A DNA stretch of 64,000 nucleotides from Malacoraja senta (GCA_038087875.1 JAXLNO010004139.1:1-64000); one strand, 5' to 3'. Shown: positions 11,584 through 24,865, numbered from the stretch's first letter. Notes: generated by a model from the letters alone, not told the origin. Made by a program: numbers and translations.

Positions 11584-12377
11584 TATTTGTACAATTACTG
11601 GTAGCTCTGTCCTCCCACATTTCTTTATTTTAAGCTTTAAACCTCTGAATGCAGATGACTGTTGCCTTGGGAGCACATTTTGCACCAAGAAATACCTCCT
11701 TGGTGACATTCTGACATTACCTTCTAGTTACAGAAATGGGAAATGGCATTTAGAGCCCACTTTCTCCCAAATAACTTCATGACCAATTCATAAATTCGCT
11801 GGAGTGAGCCTTCCTGGTGTCACTACGGGTAGATCTTGTTTATAAATGTGGCCTCAAGATGTATATATGGAATAATCTCAATACATTAAATAGAAAGAAT
11901 GATGTACAGGTTCGAAGGTGAATTCATAATCATCAGGAGTCCATCCTCTTAGTTTAGCTTGGAGATACAGCATGGAAACAGGCCGTCTCACCCATCAAAC
12001 CCAGGCCAATCACCCATCAACCATTCACACTGACTTCAATGTTATCCCACTTTCTCTTCCACTTTCTACACACGGGGCAATTTACAGAGGCCAATTGACC
12101 CACCCAGGCACAAAAGAGAAGTGAACTTGTTATAATTTTGTCTATTTTTGTGAAAGTAAACTCCCCAAACTGTTTTGGCACAATTTATTAAAACCATCCA
12201 AGATTAATTAAAATCTGACCAGGATCCCTGAGTGCAATTTATGTAAAGAATTATGAGCAACACCATGACACAGCTGGTGAGTGTGATACCTTTCAAATCC
12301 AGTGACCCCGGTTCACACCTGATCTCTGCTTTTATCATCTGGAGTTTCCTCCTGGCGCTCCATTTCTCTACAACATT

Positions 12378-13290
12378 TGGGTGGCATGGTGGTGCAGCAG
12401 TAGAGTTGTGGCCTTACAGCATCAGAAACAATAGACAATAGGTGCAGGAGTAGGCCATTCGGCCCTTCAAGCCAGCACCGCCATTCAATATGATCATGGC
12501 TGATCATCCACAATCAGTACCCCGTTCTTGCCTTCTCCCCATATCCCCTCACTCCACTATCTTCAAGACCCCTATCTAGCTCTCTCTTGAAAGCATCCAG
12601 AGAACCGGCCTCGACTGCCCTTGGAGGCAGAGAATTCCACAGACTCACAACTCTCTGTGTGAAAAAGTGTTTCCTCATCTCCGTTCTAAATGGCTTACCC
12701 CTTATTCTTAAACTGTGGCCACTGGTTCTGGACTCCCCCAACATCAGGAACATGTTTCCTGCCTCTAGAGTGCCCAAAACCGCAATAATCTTATATGGTT
12801 CAATAAGATATCCTCTCATCCTTCTAAATTCCAGAGTATACAAGCCCAGTCGCTCCATTCTATCAACGTATGACAGTCCCGCCATCCTGGGAATTAACCT
12901 TGTGAACCTATGCTGCACTCCCTCAATAGCAAGAATGTCCTTCCTCAAATTTGGAGACGAAAACTGCACCCAATAGTCTCTCACTAGGGCCCTGTACAAC
13001 TGCAGAAGGACCTCTTTGCTCCTATACTCAACCCGGGTTCGATACTAACTAAGGGTGCTGTCTGTAAGGAATTTGTACATTCTCACCGTGACCATGTAGG
13101 TTTTCCCCGGGTGTTCCAGTTTTCTCCCACACTCCAAAGATGTGCAGGTTTGTAGGTTAAATTGGCTTCCATAAATTGTAAATTATCCCTTGTGTGAAGG
13201 ATAGTGCTGGTTTCTGAGGATTGCTGATTGGTGCGGTCTCAGTGGGCCGTAGGACCTGTTTCCACGCCATATCCCTAAACTAAACTAAGC
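12378..13290 (+). mobile_element. tRNA-derived V-SINE (HE1-like) split by a CR1 insertion
   Basis: A-box head at 12378-12428. B-box GGTTCGAT and the V-domain resume at ~13032. Confidence 0.85.
12429..13032 (-). mobile_element. 5'-truncated CR1 LINE
   Basis: ORF 12514-12999 encodes the CR1 RT C-terminus; (CTATTG) tail. Confidence 0.92.
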
Positions 13291-14389
13291 TATCCCAAAT
13301 TTCCCCTAGTGCGTAGCTGAATGATAGAATGCAGGAGGAGTTGATGGGATCGTGGAGAGAATGGAAAAAGATGAGTGTAAATGGATACTTGATGGTTGGC
13401 AGAATGTTGAGGGACCAAAGGGCCTATTTCCATATTGTATGACTCTTTGGCATGAAGAAGGAGAAAATAGATGGGATAGCCTATTAATAAGCATGTTAAA
13501 ACAATCAAGGAATATGAGCTTATAGCAGAAAAGTGGTGTTCAGGTAAAAGATCAGCCATGATCTAATTGAATAGCCTACTCTTTCTATTTCTTGTGTTCC
13601 TAAATCTAATGTGAGTCATGGTTTAAAAAAAATTGCTGGCAAAATTATTGGGGTTGTAAGCCAATATCTGCTTAGATATAATGCCCTGGCACCAAGTTCT
13701 CCCAAAAAGGCAGTTTCAGATATAGTGGAGTTTGATCTTCCAGAATTCCCTCCGTTCGATTTCATTGCCCATGAAATGAAAGATGGCACAGGGATTTGTG
13801 CATCTCCTGATTACATCACCATAGTTGGGCACCAAGATCAGTGACATAGCCCCACTCCTCCTCCCACTTAAAGTAAGACAATGAATTAAACTGTGACATG
13901 GAGGACGCCATAACCAAATGTGAGGGTTCCATGGAGAAACAAGGAACTGCAGATGCTGGTTTACACAAAAGAAGAAACAAAGTGCTGGAGTAACTCAGTG
14001 GGTCAGGCAGCACCTCTGGAGATTATAGGTAGGTGACATTTGAGGTTAGGACCCTTCATCAGTGAGGTTAATTTTGGCAGCCAAATAGATTTCAGATTTG
14101 ATGAATACTTTTGCAGTACATGCCGGAACTGCTGCTGCATTCAGAGCCTCTACGGTTTCTTCAGCATGCATGCATGTTATAAAGTTGAAGCATGGCATTG
14201 CATGTAAATTGATATCAATTCTGATTGCTGTGTGTTCTGGTGCAATAGTGCAACAAGGACATGAGGCGCTGTTGTGAAATTTACCTTTGTACGCAAAGCA
14301 CGCCAATCATTCAGCAATTAGTTTTCATTTCCTGATCTGGATGGATTTTCTAGCCCTTTAAACAGAGGAACTTTCTTTTCCTACAGTAA

Positions 14390-14690
14390 TGGGCAAGATG
14401 GTGGTAGAGTTGCTGCCTTATAACGCCAGAGACCCAGGTTCGATCCTGACTGCAGGTGCCATCTATAGGGAGTTTGTACGTTCTTCATGTGACCACATGG
14501 GTTTTCTCCGGTTTCCTTCCACATTCCAAAGATGTTAACATTTGTAGGTTAATTAGGCTTTGGGAAAAATTGTGAATTGTCCCAAGTGTGTAGGATAGTG
14601 CTAATGTACGAGGTGATCACTGGTCAGCATGGACCTGGTGGGCCGAAGGGTCTGTTTTCGCGCTGGATCTCTAAAGTAACCAAAACTAAA
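14390..14690 (+). mobile_element. V-SINE (HE1-like). Further copies at ~8865-9030 (+), 11950-12110 (-), 33055-33715 (+, interrupted), 35695-35955 (-), 37765-38095 (+), 38385-38655 (-), 44065-44360 (-), 46778-47078 (+), 50135-50440 (+), 50630-50730 (-)
   Basis: tRNA-like A/B boxes (GGTAGAGTTGCTGCCTT..., GGTTCGATCC), V-domain GTGGGTTTTCTCCGG...TTTCCTCCCACA, and a CR1-like tail GGGCCGAAGGGCCTGTTTCC...(TAAAC)n. Confidence 0.88.
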
Positions 14691-15893
14691 GAGGAGGGAG
14701 AATATTGAAACAAGGAGCTGCAGATGCTGGTTTACACAAAAGAACACAAAGTGCTGGAGTATCTAAGCGGATCAGGCAGAATCTCTGGAGAACATTGATG
14801 GGCGAGGTTTCTGGTCGGGCCCCTTCTTCAGACTATCTACCTTGAGGAGATTTTGCAGTGGAGCAGTCAAAATGTAGAACAAGGAACTGCAGATGCTGGT
14901 TTACACAAAAGAACACAGATTGATGGAGTAACTCAGCAGGTCAGGCAGCATCTCTGGAGAACATGAATAGATGACGTTTTGAGTGGGAAAACTGGTTGGA
15001 ATCATTTTATTTGAAGAAACTGATGCTGTTTGTGCAGGTGATCTGCATGAGGGGAAGCAACTCAGTGGATGAGAAATGGATGCCAAGGTTATGTCCTTGG
15101 GACTCACCAGGCGTAACAGTACAGGAATGAAATGAGGAATCATCCCTCGTGACTCTCTAGTCATGATTCAACGGAAGATCTGCTGAGCATTACGAGGGGA
15201 GTTATTTCAGATGGAAATGCAAGATTAAAGTCAGAACAATTGAGAATATGAATCAAATTCACAATTGGTCAGCCAAATTGTGGACGTCAACATGGATGCC
15301 CATGGTATCACTATTTTCTTGTCAGCTTCTACCCAGACATTTTTAAAATCAGAATTTAATGCATCTGTACAGCCTGTCATGTCCTTGTCACTTTGAGTTA
15401 AATACACATCAAAAGACATTAAAAATATGTTTTGAACTGGAGATCACCAAAGGGCAAATGTTGATTCTTTCTGATTTGAAAAACCCTTTTCAACTGGGGG
15501 TTGGAGTTCCTTGAGAAGGCAGATTGCTAAGCTGAGAAATGTTATAAATAAAATACCATGGTCAGTGTGTCATGTTGCGGTGAAGGTTTGTGGTTCTGTG
15601 TACGAGTATGTCGGAAGTCATTAGTTGCTTTGCAAGGAGGATCTGATGGTTGTTGACACTTCTGATCTCTGTGTCAGCTTTTGTTATCAGCTGAACAGCC
15701 ATTACTCGGGGGCTCCACGCAGCAAGTCTGTGAGCCTGCTGCAGCTCCACATATCTTGCTGTGTCCACTCGCTCTGAAAGCTTTCACCTTCCTGGTGTGC
15801 AAGCCTCCTTTGAGATTTGCTATCAGTGTACCTCGAGTCCGATTTTGCTGCACGATCAGCCTTTGCTCAGTGGTAAGACTCTTGCCTTCAAGT

Positions 15894-16495
15894 TGTTGAT
15901 TCCGGATCTAATACTATCCCCTTAGTCCGGTTCAGTCAATCACTGAAACGAACACTGGAGTCCAAACTCTTCTTTATTTGCAAACGGTACCGCGGGGCCG
16001 GACTCAGATCTACTCACTCGAGCCCTCACCAGCCTCGTGTAAATAGAGCAGAAGAAAGGGACAACCGGCACGCCCAAACGAATTACCTACATTTTTTATA
16101 CCCTTAAACGGAGGCGGGGACACTAAAGGCGCGAAGATGCAATGGGAGGGCCATCCCTACGTGCCAATCACTTCTTACAGATAAGAGATCACGTTAAGAG
16201 GCACTTACTCTGCTTACTTACAAACAATGAAAACAAAAAAACACTTAACACACATGCTATGTATAAATACAAAATCCTTTACCCAATCACAGACCTGGGT
16301 TTAGTGTCTGTTCAACATTAACCCAGACTTGGCTGCACCTAGAGCTTCCTTGGAACTGAAACAGTTGGGAGCATCCAGACTTGATGGCAACATTTAATTA
16401 CACAAGCCTCTTGCACCTGGTGTCCCTTAGTCACCTCAGCAAAGCTCGACCTTTTTCTGGCATTTCCAAAGTACCCAAACCCCTGCATATCCACA
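15894..16495 (-). mobile_element. Solo LTR (602 bp) with 4-bp TSD AAGT
   Basis: Ends TGTTGAT...ATCCACA. AAGT at 15890-93 and 16496-99. Minus-strand TATAAAA (16094-16100) and AATAAA (15973-78). Interrupts an old SINE head. Confidence 0.85.
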
Positions 16496-17877
16496 AAGTG
16501 ACACAGTTTTAAGTTCCAACTCCAGAGTTTTGAAACCTAAATTTTTGTAACGCTATGTTTTGGGCTTTGTTTACGCCAGTGACTCTGGGCTGTGGGTAAT
16601 ATTCGTGCCATACCTGATTTCTTTACTTTTCTTTAATCACAGGCAATCCCAGTGGCAGGTAACTCAACATTCTTTCTAGACAAAAGGAACCGCAGATGCT
16701 GGTTTACAAAATAAGACAATTTGCTGGAGTAACTGTGCACAGAAAGAACTGAACAAAAGCATCTCTGGATAATAAGGATAGGCGACATTTCGAGTCAGGA
16801 TCCTTCTTCATGAACCCAGAGGCAGGCATTCCTTATTTCTCAATCATTTTCTTCCACTATTCAATGGTTCTTTATTGTTACCTATGTACAGCACAGTGAA
16901 ATTCTTTTGCATGACCACAAATGCACAGTCGCCCCCGATCTAGGTAAGCCCTGCTGCTCCAGGCCCATGACCTGACGTTCCTCTCCTCTGCCAACCGCCT
17001 CAGTGTGATCTGTACCAGGAAACAACACACCAACTCTGATCATTTCTCCTATGCTGCATCCAACTGATCAGGTCTCAACATTTTCCTTATATCACATTCC
17101 CAGAATGGCCTCTGGAACACAGTAATATTGTGTAACCCCATAAGGCATCACATAAGATTTTATTCAAGATTAGAATGTACAGAATCAGCTCAACAAAAGC
17201 AGGCTGATATTGTTAATTGCACAAAACAATACTCCATAATTGAAGTAGTAACAATACAGGCCAAGGTTTTCTGCTTGGTCCAGCTACTTGTTAGAGTGAC
17301 AGTTCATCCAACTTTAATGATCTTCCATGTGGATAGATTGACAGTTTATATGTGCAGTTTCAGACAACATCATTTCAATCCCCAAGTATTTTTGGCCTTG
17401 CAATCCAAAGGTCAAGCCCAAAAATCATGTGAAACCCTAGATCCTCATCTTTGGCTGTTGCTTGACATAAAGCCACACATCAACTATAATGGGAGCAATA
17501 AAAAAAAATCTCCATGGTAACGGAAGAGATGAATGCCAAAGGGAGAATCTGAACAGGAATAAAGGGAAACAGGAACAACTGCAAATCTTACAGAGAAAAT
17601 GATGCAATCAGAAAAATCATGAAAGGTTCAGAATCTGAAAAATCTGAATCATTCCGATCATTCAAGTGCAGTTTCTATATTCTCTTTCATACAAACCTAT
17701 AACCTTTAGCCACGTGCGAATCTTTGTTGGGGGGGGGGGGTTGTTGCTGGAAGAGGGGAATCGTGTTTGGAGTTCTCTTGTTTCCATAGCAAGTAATGAA
17801 AATCAATGGTAAACATTAACAAATGCCTTGAATTAAAACCAACAAGGGAGTGTAAATGCTGTGTTCAATATTTATAA

Positions 17878-18113
17878 AGGGCCTGTCCCACTTTGTGATT
17901 TTTTTCGGCGACTGTCGGCATCATTGACTGACGTATCAGGTCACCAAAAAAGTCGCGGCATGATGACGTATTGATGCGCGGTGTCTCCTCAAGTGTCACA
18001 ACATTTTTTTGTCGCCGCCGGATTTTGAAATGTTCAAAATCTTTCGGCGACCCTGATACGTCAGTCAATGACACCAGCAGTCGCCGAAATACTCGCCAAG
18101 TGGAACAGGCCCT
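17878..18113. mobile_element. PIF/Harbinger-type MITE, TAA TSD
   Basis: TIR AGGGCCTGTCCCACTT / AAGTGGAACAGGCCCT, TAA on both sides, and a 19-bp internal inverted repeat CATTGACTGACGTATCAGG. Confidence 0.88.
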
Positions 18114-18325
18114 TAAGGCTTTTTTGGGGTTGCCATTTTTGCAAGGCTTTCAAATCTCTGCATTTTTCCTTAAGATTGCTTCACTGGACAATCGTGTGCC
18201 ACAAGTGACCCGTAGCTCAGAGTGAGAAGATTATGAGTTAAAGCCACAGTCCAGAGACATGTGGACAAAACCTAGGCAGTGCTGGGGTCGGGCACCATTG
18301 TTAGTGTGAATCCTTTCCCATGAGA

Positions 18326-18676
18326 TAGTCATACAACACACCCTTCATGCGGACAAAGTACTCCATCTACACAAGTTCCAACTGCCCGTGTTTGGCCAAT
18401 AACCCTCTAAACCTTTCCTATCCATGTACCTGTCCAAATGTCTTTTAAATGTTGTGATTGTACCTGCCTCAACTATCTCCTCTGGCAGCTCACTCCATAT
18501 ACCCATCACCATCTAAAGTTGCCCCTCAGATTCCTATTAAATCTTTCCCCTCTCAACTTGAACTTATGTCCTCTGGTTCTTAATTCCTCTATTCTGGGTA
18601 AAAGACTCTGTGCATCTACCCTATCCATTCCCCTCGTGATCTTATACACTTTTATAACATCACCTCTCATCCTCTC
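18326..18676 (-). mobile_element. CR1 3' fragment inserted in a DeuSINE relic (~18205-18880)
   Basis: CR1 3' UTR and RT end. The flanks resemble a SacSINE-like head and Deu domain. Confidence 0.7.
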
Positions 18677-19064
18677 TAATGTTCAATGGAGATCCATCAT
18701 GTCCTCTCAAGTCCATGCAAATAACTCAAATGGTTAATTTGAAGAAGGCCCAGGGAGTTGTCCTGAATAGACTAATACATTAACACATTTTGTCAGGTAG
18801 CATACATCTGCAGTTTCATGTATCTACCATCAATACATTGCCTTTTAGTGGGATTTTGCTTGTTGCGAGCAAGCTGAGAAATTGGAAATCAATAAAAAGC
18901 AGATGCTGGAAATTTGAAACAAATGAAAATGCCTGAAACACTCAGCAGGCCAGATTCAAAGTCTCTGACAACGTGTGTTCCCATAGGATAAAAAGACCAA
19001 CTGAAGGAAAATCAGTCGGAGACTCCTGTGCAATTTTCCTCTTAGCAGAGTAACTCAATTGAAA

Positions 19065-19410
19065 GTAACACACAATGTTAGAGTAACTCAGTGGGTAAGG
19101 CAGCATCTCTGGAGAGAAGGAATAGGTGATGTTTTGGGTAGAAACCCTTCTTCAGACTGAGATTCGGGGGGAGATATACTAGTGGTATGAAAAGGCTCAG
19201 AACAAATCAGAGCCACCACCGATGACCAAGGAAAGGTGAAGCCCACAATGGTCCATCGATGGCTGTGGAAGAGATGATAATGAAGGGATATGAACAGTAA
19301 AACGAGGCAAAGGGATCTGGGAATACAAGTACAATAGGCGTCACCTATTCCTTTTCTCCAGAGATGCTGCCTGATCCGTTGTTACTCCAGCATTTTGTGT
19401 CTATCTTCAC
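19065..19410. mobile_element. Penelope-derived fold-back element
   Basis: Terminal repeat in + orientation at 19065-19160 and inverted at 19337-19410. Confidence 0.75.
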
Positions 19411-19900
19411 CATGTTACTAGGTTGTCTATCTTCTTCCTGTACTCTCGGTTCGTCATTATTTATGATCTGTCCTGCCGCAGTGATATCATCTGCAAACTT
19501 TCAGATGGAATGAAAGCCAAATTTGGCCATCCTGTCATGAGTGTATATGGAGTATTGTAGGGGACTGAGAATGCATCCTTGTGGGGCACTGGTGTTGAGA
19601 ATTATTGTGTTCTATGGAGGTGTTGTCACCTATCCTCATTGATTGAGGTCTATAGGTCAGAAAGTCGAGCATCCAGTGGCAGGGGAGGTTATTGATTCCT
19701 GAGTCCAAGAGTTTGGAGATGTTTGGACGGGATTGTGGTGTTGAAAGCAGAGGTATAGTCCATAAATAGGAGTCCAATGTAAGAGTCCTTGTTGTCTAGG
19801 TGTTCCAGAGTTGAGTTTAGTGCCAGGGAGATGGTATCTGCTGTCGATCTGTTTCGACGCTAAGCAAACTGCAGTGGATCAAGGAAAGTCTAGGGACAGA
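19411..19900 (-). mobile_element. Rex/Babar RT fragment
   Basis: Translation includes WMLDFLTYRPQSMRIG, a GAPQGC-like segment and KFADD. Confidence 0.8.
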
Positions 19901-20994
19901 GTGGAGATCAGGTATGCTGGCATTTGACCTCCTTGTATGTTCCGTACCTCTGTACTGCGGTTGCACATGTGCTGAACACTGGAATGCATTGGCCCATGAA
20001 CTACAGGTCGCTAGTAGCTCTCTACAAAGCCATCAGTTCATTATCACCACAATGCAGGCCAATCATGTGCAGTCTGAAGTTGAGTCTTGACCCGAAGCAA
20101 GAATCTATGTTCCCCAGAGATGCTGCCTAACCTGCTGAGTTACTCCTGCATTCTGTGTTCTTTTCTGTAAACCCACATCTGCAGTTCCTCGTTTCTATAA
20201 TGATATGCATAGCGGGTTGGGATCGGAAAATATATAGAAAATACAATATTATGATAGCAGTCTCACAGTTCACCAAAGAAAATGTTGCTGTCTTGTTGAT
20301 ATTGGATTTTCTTTCTTCCCAAATTGAAATAGCATGCACTGCAATATAAGAAATCTGATCCTGGTTTCATGTTGCAGTGATTGAATTGCAAAGTAGCTGC
20401 TGCCGCTTGCTTCTCTGAGGAGAGTTCTATCACTAAACCGTGAAGTCCTATTACTGTCAAATCAGACATTGTTCCTTTCTCGGCTGCCTAATTAAAGTTA
20501 CAGTGAAAAGGTCTAACAGTATCTGCACCCATAATCCTGTTTTTAGGTAACTTGCACCAGATATATCTGCAGATGGTGAGAGGGAACATATGCCACAAAA
20601 CACTCTTGTTTGATATTTCAGAGGACTATATATACAGTATTACATATTCTAAAAATGTAACTATATATATTCTATGTCCAAACAGCTTGCACTTTTGAGA
20701 TGCACTGTTGATAATTTCAACACCAGCTGTGTTTATTCTCAGTTCTCATGAGTAGGTTGCTCTAATTGTGCCAATTCAAAAACTGTTAAAAGATAATTGC
20801 AAAAACAAATGAAAATTCCCCGGCAAGCTGATACCACAAGCAGTTCACAGGTGGAACAGTACACCTGAAGTATATTTAAACCATTAGGTGCATCATTGTC
20901 ACTGTCAGGGGGTCCCATCCCATCAGTGCAACAGTAGGCTTGATAAATGTCATGTGATCAAGAGTAGGTCAAAAAGCTTCTCATATCTATCCAT

Positions 20995-21555
20995 CAGTCA
21001 ATCAGCTCTATAAGACGTTAGTCAGGCCGCATTTGGAGTATGGCATACTGTTCTGGACGCCACATTACAGGAAAGATGTGGAGGCTTTGGAGAAGGTGTA
21101 GAGGAGGTTTACCGGAATGTTGCCTGAATTAGAGGGTTTTAGCTACAGGGGGAGGATGGATAAACTTGGATTGTTTTTTCTGGAATGTCAGGGGTTGAGG
21201 GGGAGATTTGATAGAAACGTATAAAATGATGAGAGGCATAAATAGGGTAGACAGTCAGAATCTTTCCCCCAGAGTGGAAATGTCCAACACTAAAGGGCAT
21301 AGGTATAAGGTGAGAGGGGGAATGTTTAATGGAAATGTGCAGGACAAGTTTTTTATATAGAGATGGTGGGGACCTGGAACGCATCGCCTGGGGAAGCAGT
21401 GAAAGCAGATACGATAGTGTTTAAGAGGCTTTTAGATAGACACATGGAACAGGTAAAAGAATGATATGGATCATGTACAGGCAGATGAGATCAGTTTAAC
21501 TTGGCATCATGTTTGGCACAAATATTGTTGCCTGAAGGGCCTGTTCCTGTGCTCC
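20995..21555 (+). mobile_element. CR1 3' fragment
   Basis: LVRPHLEY...FW.PHYRKD-like coding remnant plus CR1 3' UTR. Confidence 0.85.
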
Positions 21556-22985
21556 ACTTTCTCGTCTGTCCCCCATCTGTCTCACTTTTCACCTTTCATA
21601 ATTATTCTTTCTTACTAGCGTGTTCTTTTGATGTCATTCCTTACAATACTTTGTAGGAATGGTTACCATTTCAAGTGATATTTGTGTATTTTCCAACATG
21701 GACAAAATCGACATAGATGTTTGTAAAAGACAGAACCCGTTCATTACCCAGGGCTGGCTTGTCCGCTCTCTGACTTATCAAGTGAAATACTAAGGAAGAT
21801 CAAGAAGCATTTTACCAAAATATTTTTTAGGCAACCATTTCTTGTCCACAAGCATAATATCACCTTTGTTTTGACAGTTAATTTTTTTAATTTCTTTTAT
21901 TATTTTATATGCTTACATTCCAAAATTAAATATAAAATTTTGCAAACTCAAAAAATCATTGTTTTAAATTACAGGATTATATTTATGAACTGAGCTCAAT
22001 GCTGTGCTTTTTTTTCCACAGCACACTGCATGCAAATTTGTTTTGTTTATTTTAGAGATACAGCACGGAAATAGGCTGCGGAAATAGGCTCTTCAGCCCA
22101 CCGAGTCCACGCCAACCAGAGATCTCTGCACATTAATAGCCCTGTCCCACGGTGCGAGTCTACCCACGAGTTATCCCGAGTTAAAGAAAAAATCAAACTC
22201 GTGGTTTTCTACGAGATTCCAAGTTTATGTTCACGAGTTTAAACAAGTTCCCACGTGTATGTCTATGTTTGCCGTTTACTTACATTTCTGCGATGTACCA
22301 AGTTTCTCTCCCAAGTTACCAAGTTCCTCTCCCGAGTTACTCTTGAGCCAACAACGACTACCGACGTGTGGAAAAATCATCACATGATAAAAATGACGTC
22401 ATGCAGTTTTTTTTTTCACTATAAAAAGCCTCCCATGTTAAATTTCTTAGGGTTACGGAATCAAGGGATATGGGGAGAAAGCAGAAATGGGGTACTGATT
22501 TTGGATGATCAGCCATGATCATATTGAATGGCAATGCTGGCTCGAAGGGCCGAATGGCCTGCTCCTGCACCTATTTGCTATGTGTTTATACCTTTTAAAT
22601 GTTTTGACATGTGTTTCAGGATTCCAGCATCTGTCTTTTCCAATATCCCTTTCCCTGTATTTCTCTTGGGCTTTTCCTCTCTTTCCCCAACTCCTATCTC
22701 CTCCATCTGCCAGTCCATCTGAGTGTAGATATGAAGTTCTTCTTGGCTGTCTATCTGTATGTGTGGACTTTCCATTAAAAGTCATCCATGATGACTTCCG
22801 GTGGCGTCATGTTAGACTAACAGACGTGCACCCAGCTCCTCTCCCGAAAAACTTCACGATTTATCGTGTAAAACGGGTCCGAAAATCGGGATTGTTTTTA
22901 AAAACCTTACCGGAGCTTCTGGTTACCGCGCTGATGACGTCATCGTTAAACGCGATGTTTTAAACGGTGGTTTGAAGCCCTTTAA

Positions 22986-24056
22986 ATGAGTAAATTGACT
23001 CCAGCTGTGAGCCCTCAGAGAGCTGTGAATAAGCTGTCGAAAAAGTTCGAAGCAGAAGTTACCTCTGAAGTCTCTGAAGTGGCTGCAGAAATGGATACAA
23101 GATCTAAGAAAGACTTTGATGACTTGAAGAAATCAATGAAAAATTTGAAAGATGAGATCTCGGATAATAGGGTGGAAGATAAGAAGGAAATGAAGGAAAA
23201 TTCGGCAAAAATGATGGAAGGAATGGAGAAGATGATGAAGGATTTAAACGCTGGTAACCAGAAGAATATGACGGATTTACTGGACATTATGAATAAACGA
23301 ATTGATGAGGTGAAAGATGGACTATCAGAGAAAATGGATAAGATGGATGTAATTACTACGGATAAGTTCACGGCTGTACTTGAAACAGTAGCTGCAAGTA
23401 TGCACACAATTACGGAATTGGAGAAAAATACGGCTCGACTGGTTGAAGACATGGCGAAATTGAGGCAAGAACATGAGCAAATGAGGCGAGAAAACGAACA
23501 AGCATCACTACAAATGGGGACTCAATTAGAGAAAGTCTCATTCAAATGCCTGGACCTGGAAGCTCGCTCTAGACGCCAGAATTTGAGAATTCTTGGTGTT
23601 TCAGAGGGGGCAGAAGGGGAACAGGTACGTGAATTTGCCATGGGCTTGTTGAAACAACTGTTGAATCTTTCCAAGGAACCGAAAATCGAAGTGGCTCATC
23701 GTGTCCCAAGATTTGGAAAAAGATCTGATGCGGGAAAAGCTTATCCACGACATATTATAGTGAAATTTCGAGATACTGCAGAACTGGAATACGTTATGAG
23801 TAAAATCAAATATGGTGTACAATTACGGCTGGACAAGGACACTATTAAGATATTCAGGGACTACCCACATGAAATTGTGCAAAAAAGAAACAAATTTGAT
23901 AAGGTTAAAGATCTTTTAAGAGGGAGAGAAGGGGTCAGATTTGGGGTTTTTTATCCCGCGAAAATGCGTATTTCCTTTAATGGTCTTGAAAAGTCATTTG
24001 TTAAGCCTGAAGACGCTTTCAAAAATGACCAAACGATTGTTGAAAAACAGAAATAA
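22986..24056 (+). CDS. L1 ORF1p (coiled coil + RRM + CTD), 356 aa
   Basis: Heptad-rich N-terminus, then DLEARSRRQNLRILGVSEG, AHRV, PRHIIVKF, IFRDY and FYPAKMRI. Confidence 0.92.
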   Translation: MSKLTPAVSPQRAVNKLSKKFEAEVTSEVSEVAAEMDTRSKKDFDDLKKSMKNLKDEISDNRVEDKKEMKENSAKMMEGMEKMMKDLNAGNQKNMTDLLDIMNKRIDEVKDGLSEKMDKMDVITTDKFTAVLETVAASMHTITELEKNTARLVEDMAKLRQEHEQMRRENEQASLQMGTQLEKVSFKCLDLEARSRRQNLRILGVSEGAEGEQVREFAMGLLKQLLNLSKEPKIEVAHRVPRFGKRSDAGKAYPRHIIVKFRDTAELEYVMSKIKYGVQLRLDKDTIKIFRDYPHEIVQKRNKFDKVKDLLRGREGVRFGVFYPAKMRISFNGLEKSFVKPEDAFKNDQTIVEKQK

Positions 24057-24865
24057 AAGGGAGCTTTGGCAGATCCGAATAATTCTCAGCTATGTTTTGT
24101 CTGGGGATAGTTACACTGTTATCTCTGGAATGTTGAAGCAAGGACATTTTCTGTTCAAAACGTGTAAACAACTTTATAGCTGGAATATGAATTAGAAAAT
24201 AATTGCTTATTGATTAAAATGTTATAACCAATTGTAAGAACTTATCCTATTAACAACTTTAAAAGTTATGCAGGTTAGATTAGAATACTAACAAAAAAAA
24301 ACAAAAAAATAATGAACTAACATACTAATATGAATTTTTAATAAATTGTAACCTTGTCTATAAGCGGGAGGAGGGGATGAGAAACGAGCTCCTGGCTTAT
24401 GTCCAGGAGCACGTCTCGTTAACCCCTTCAACCAACAGCTGATTCTTATTGAAATCAAAAATATTGGTTTAATAATTAAACTCTGATATATATATATATG
24501 TTATAAGGAAATATCAGGGTAAAATTGTATTATATATCTGAATGTGAGGCCTCGTTTTAATATTTTAATATGTTATGATTAACTAAGAGAGCGGAGCTAG
24601 TTGAGCAACAACGCAATGGAAGTCAAAATAAGGTTTTTTCCCACCTACAGGTGGGTCACTCGCTACAGTGCCGACTATAGACACTGTAGCCTCACTTTTT
24701 TAGTTTTTTTTTTATCACATAAAATCACTTGTTTGTGTTTTGTGTTTAGTGATAAGAATAATATGGACATACCAACAAAAGTTAATAATTCAAAAACTCC
24801 CCCAATACCTAAAGACCTGGGATATGGACGCACCACAAGATTCAAAGGTACTATAATTATTCAAA

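Noticed and set aside
13611-13844. 77-aa ORF as a possible host exon
   Set aside because: No recognisable homology and no convincing splice-site pair.
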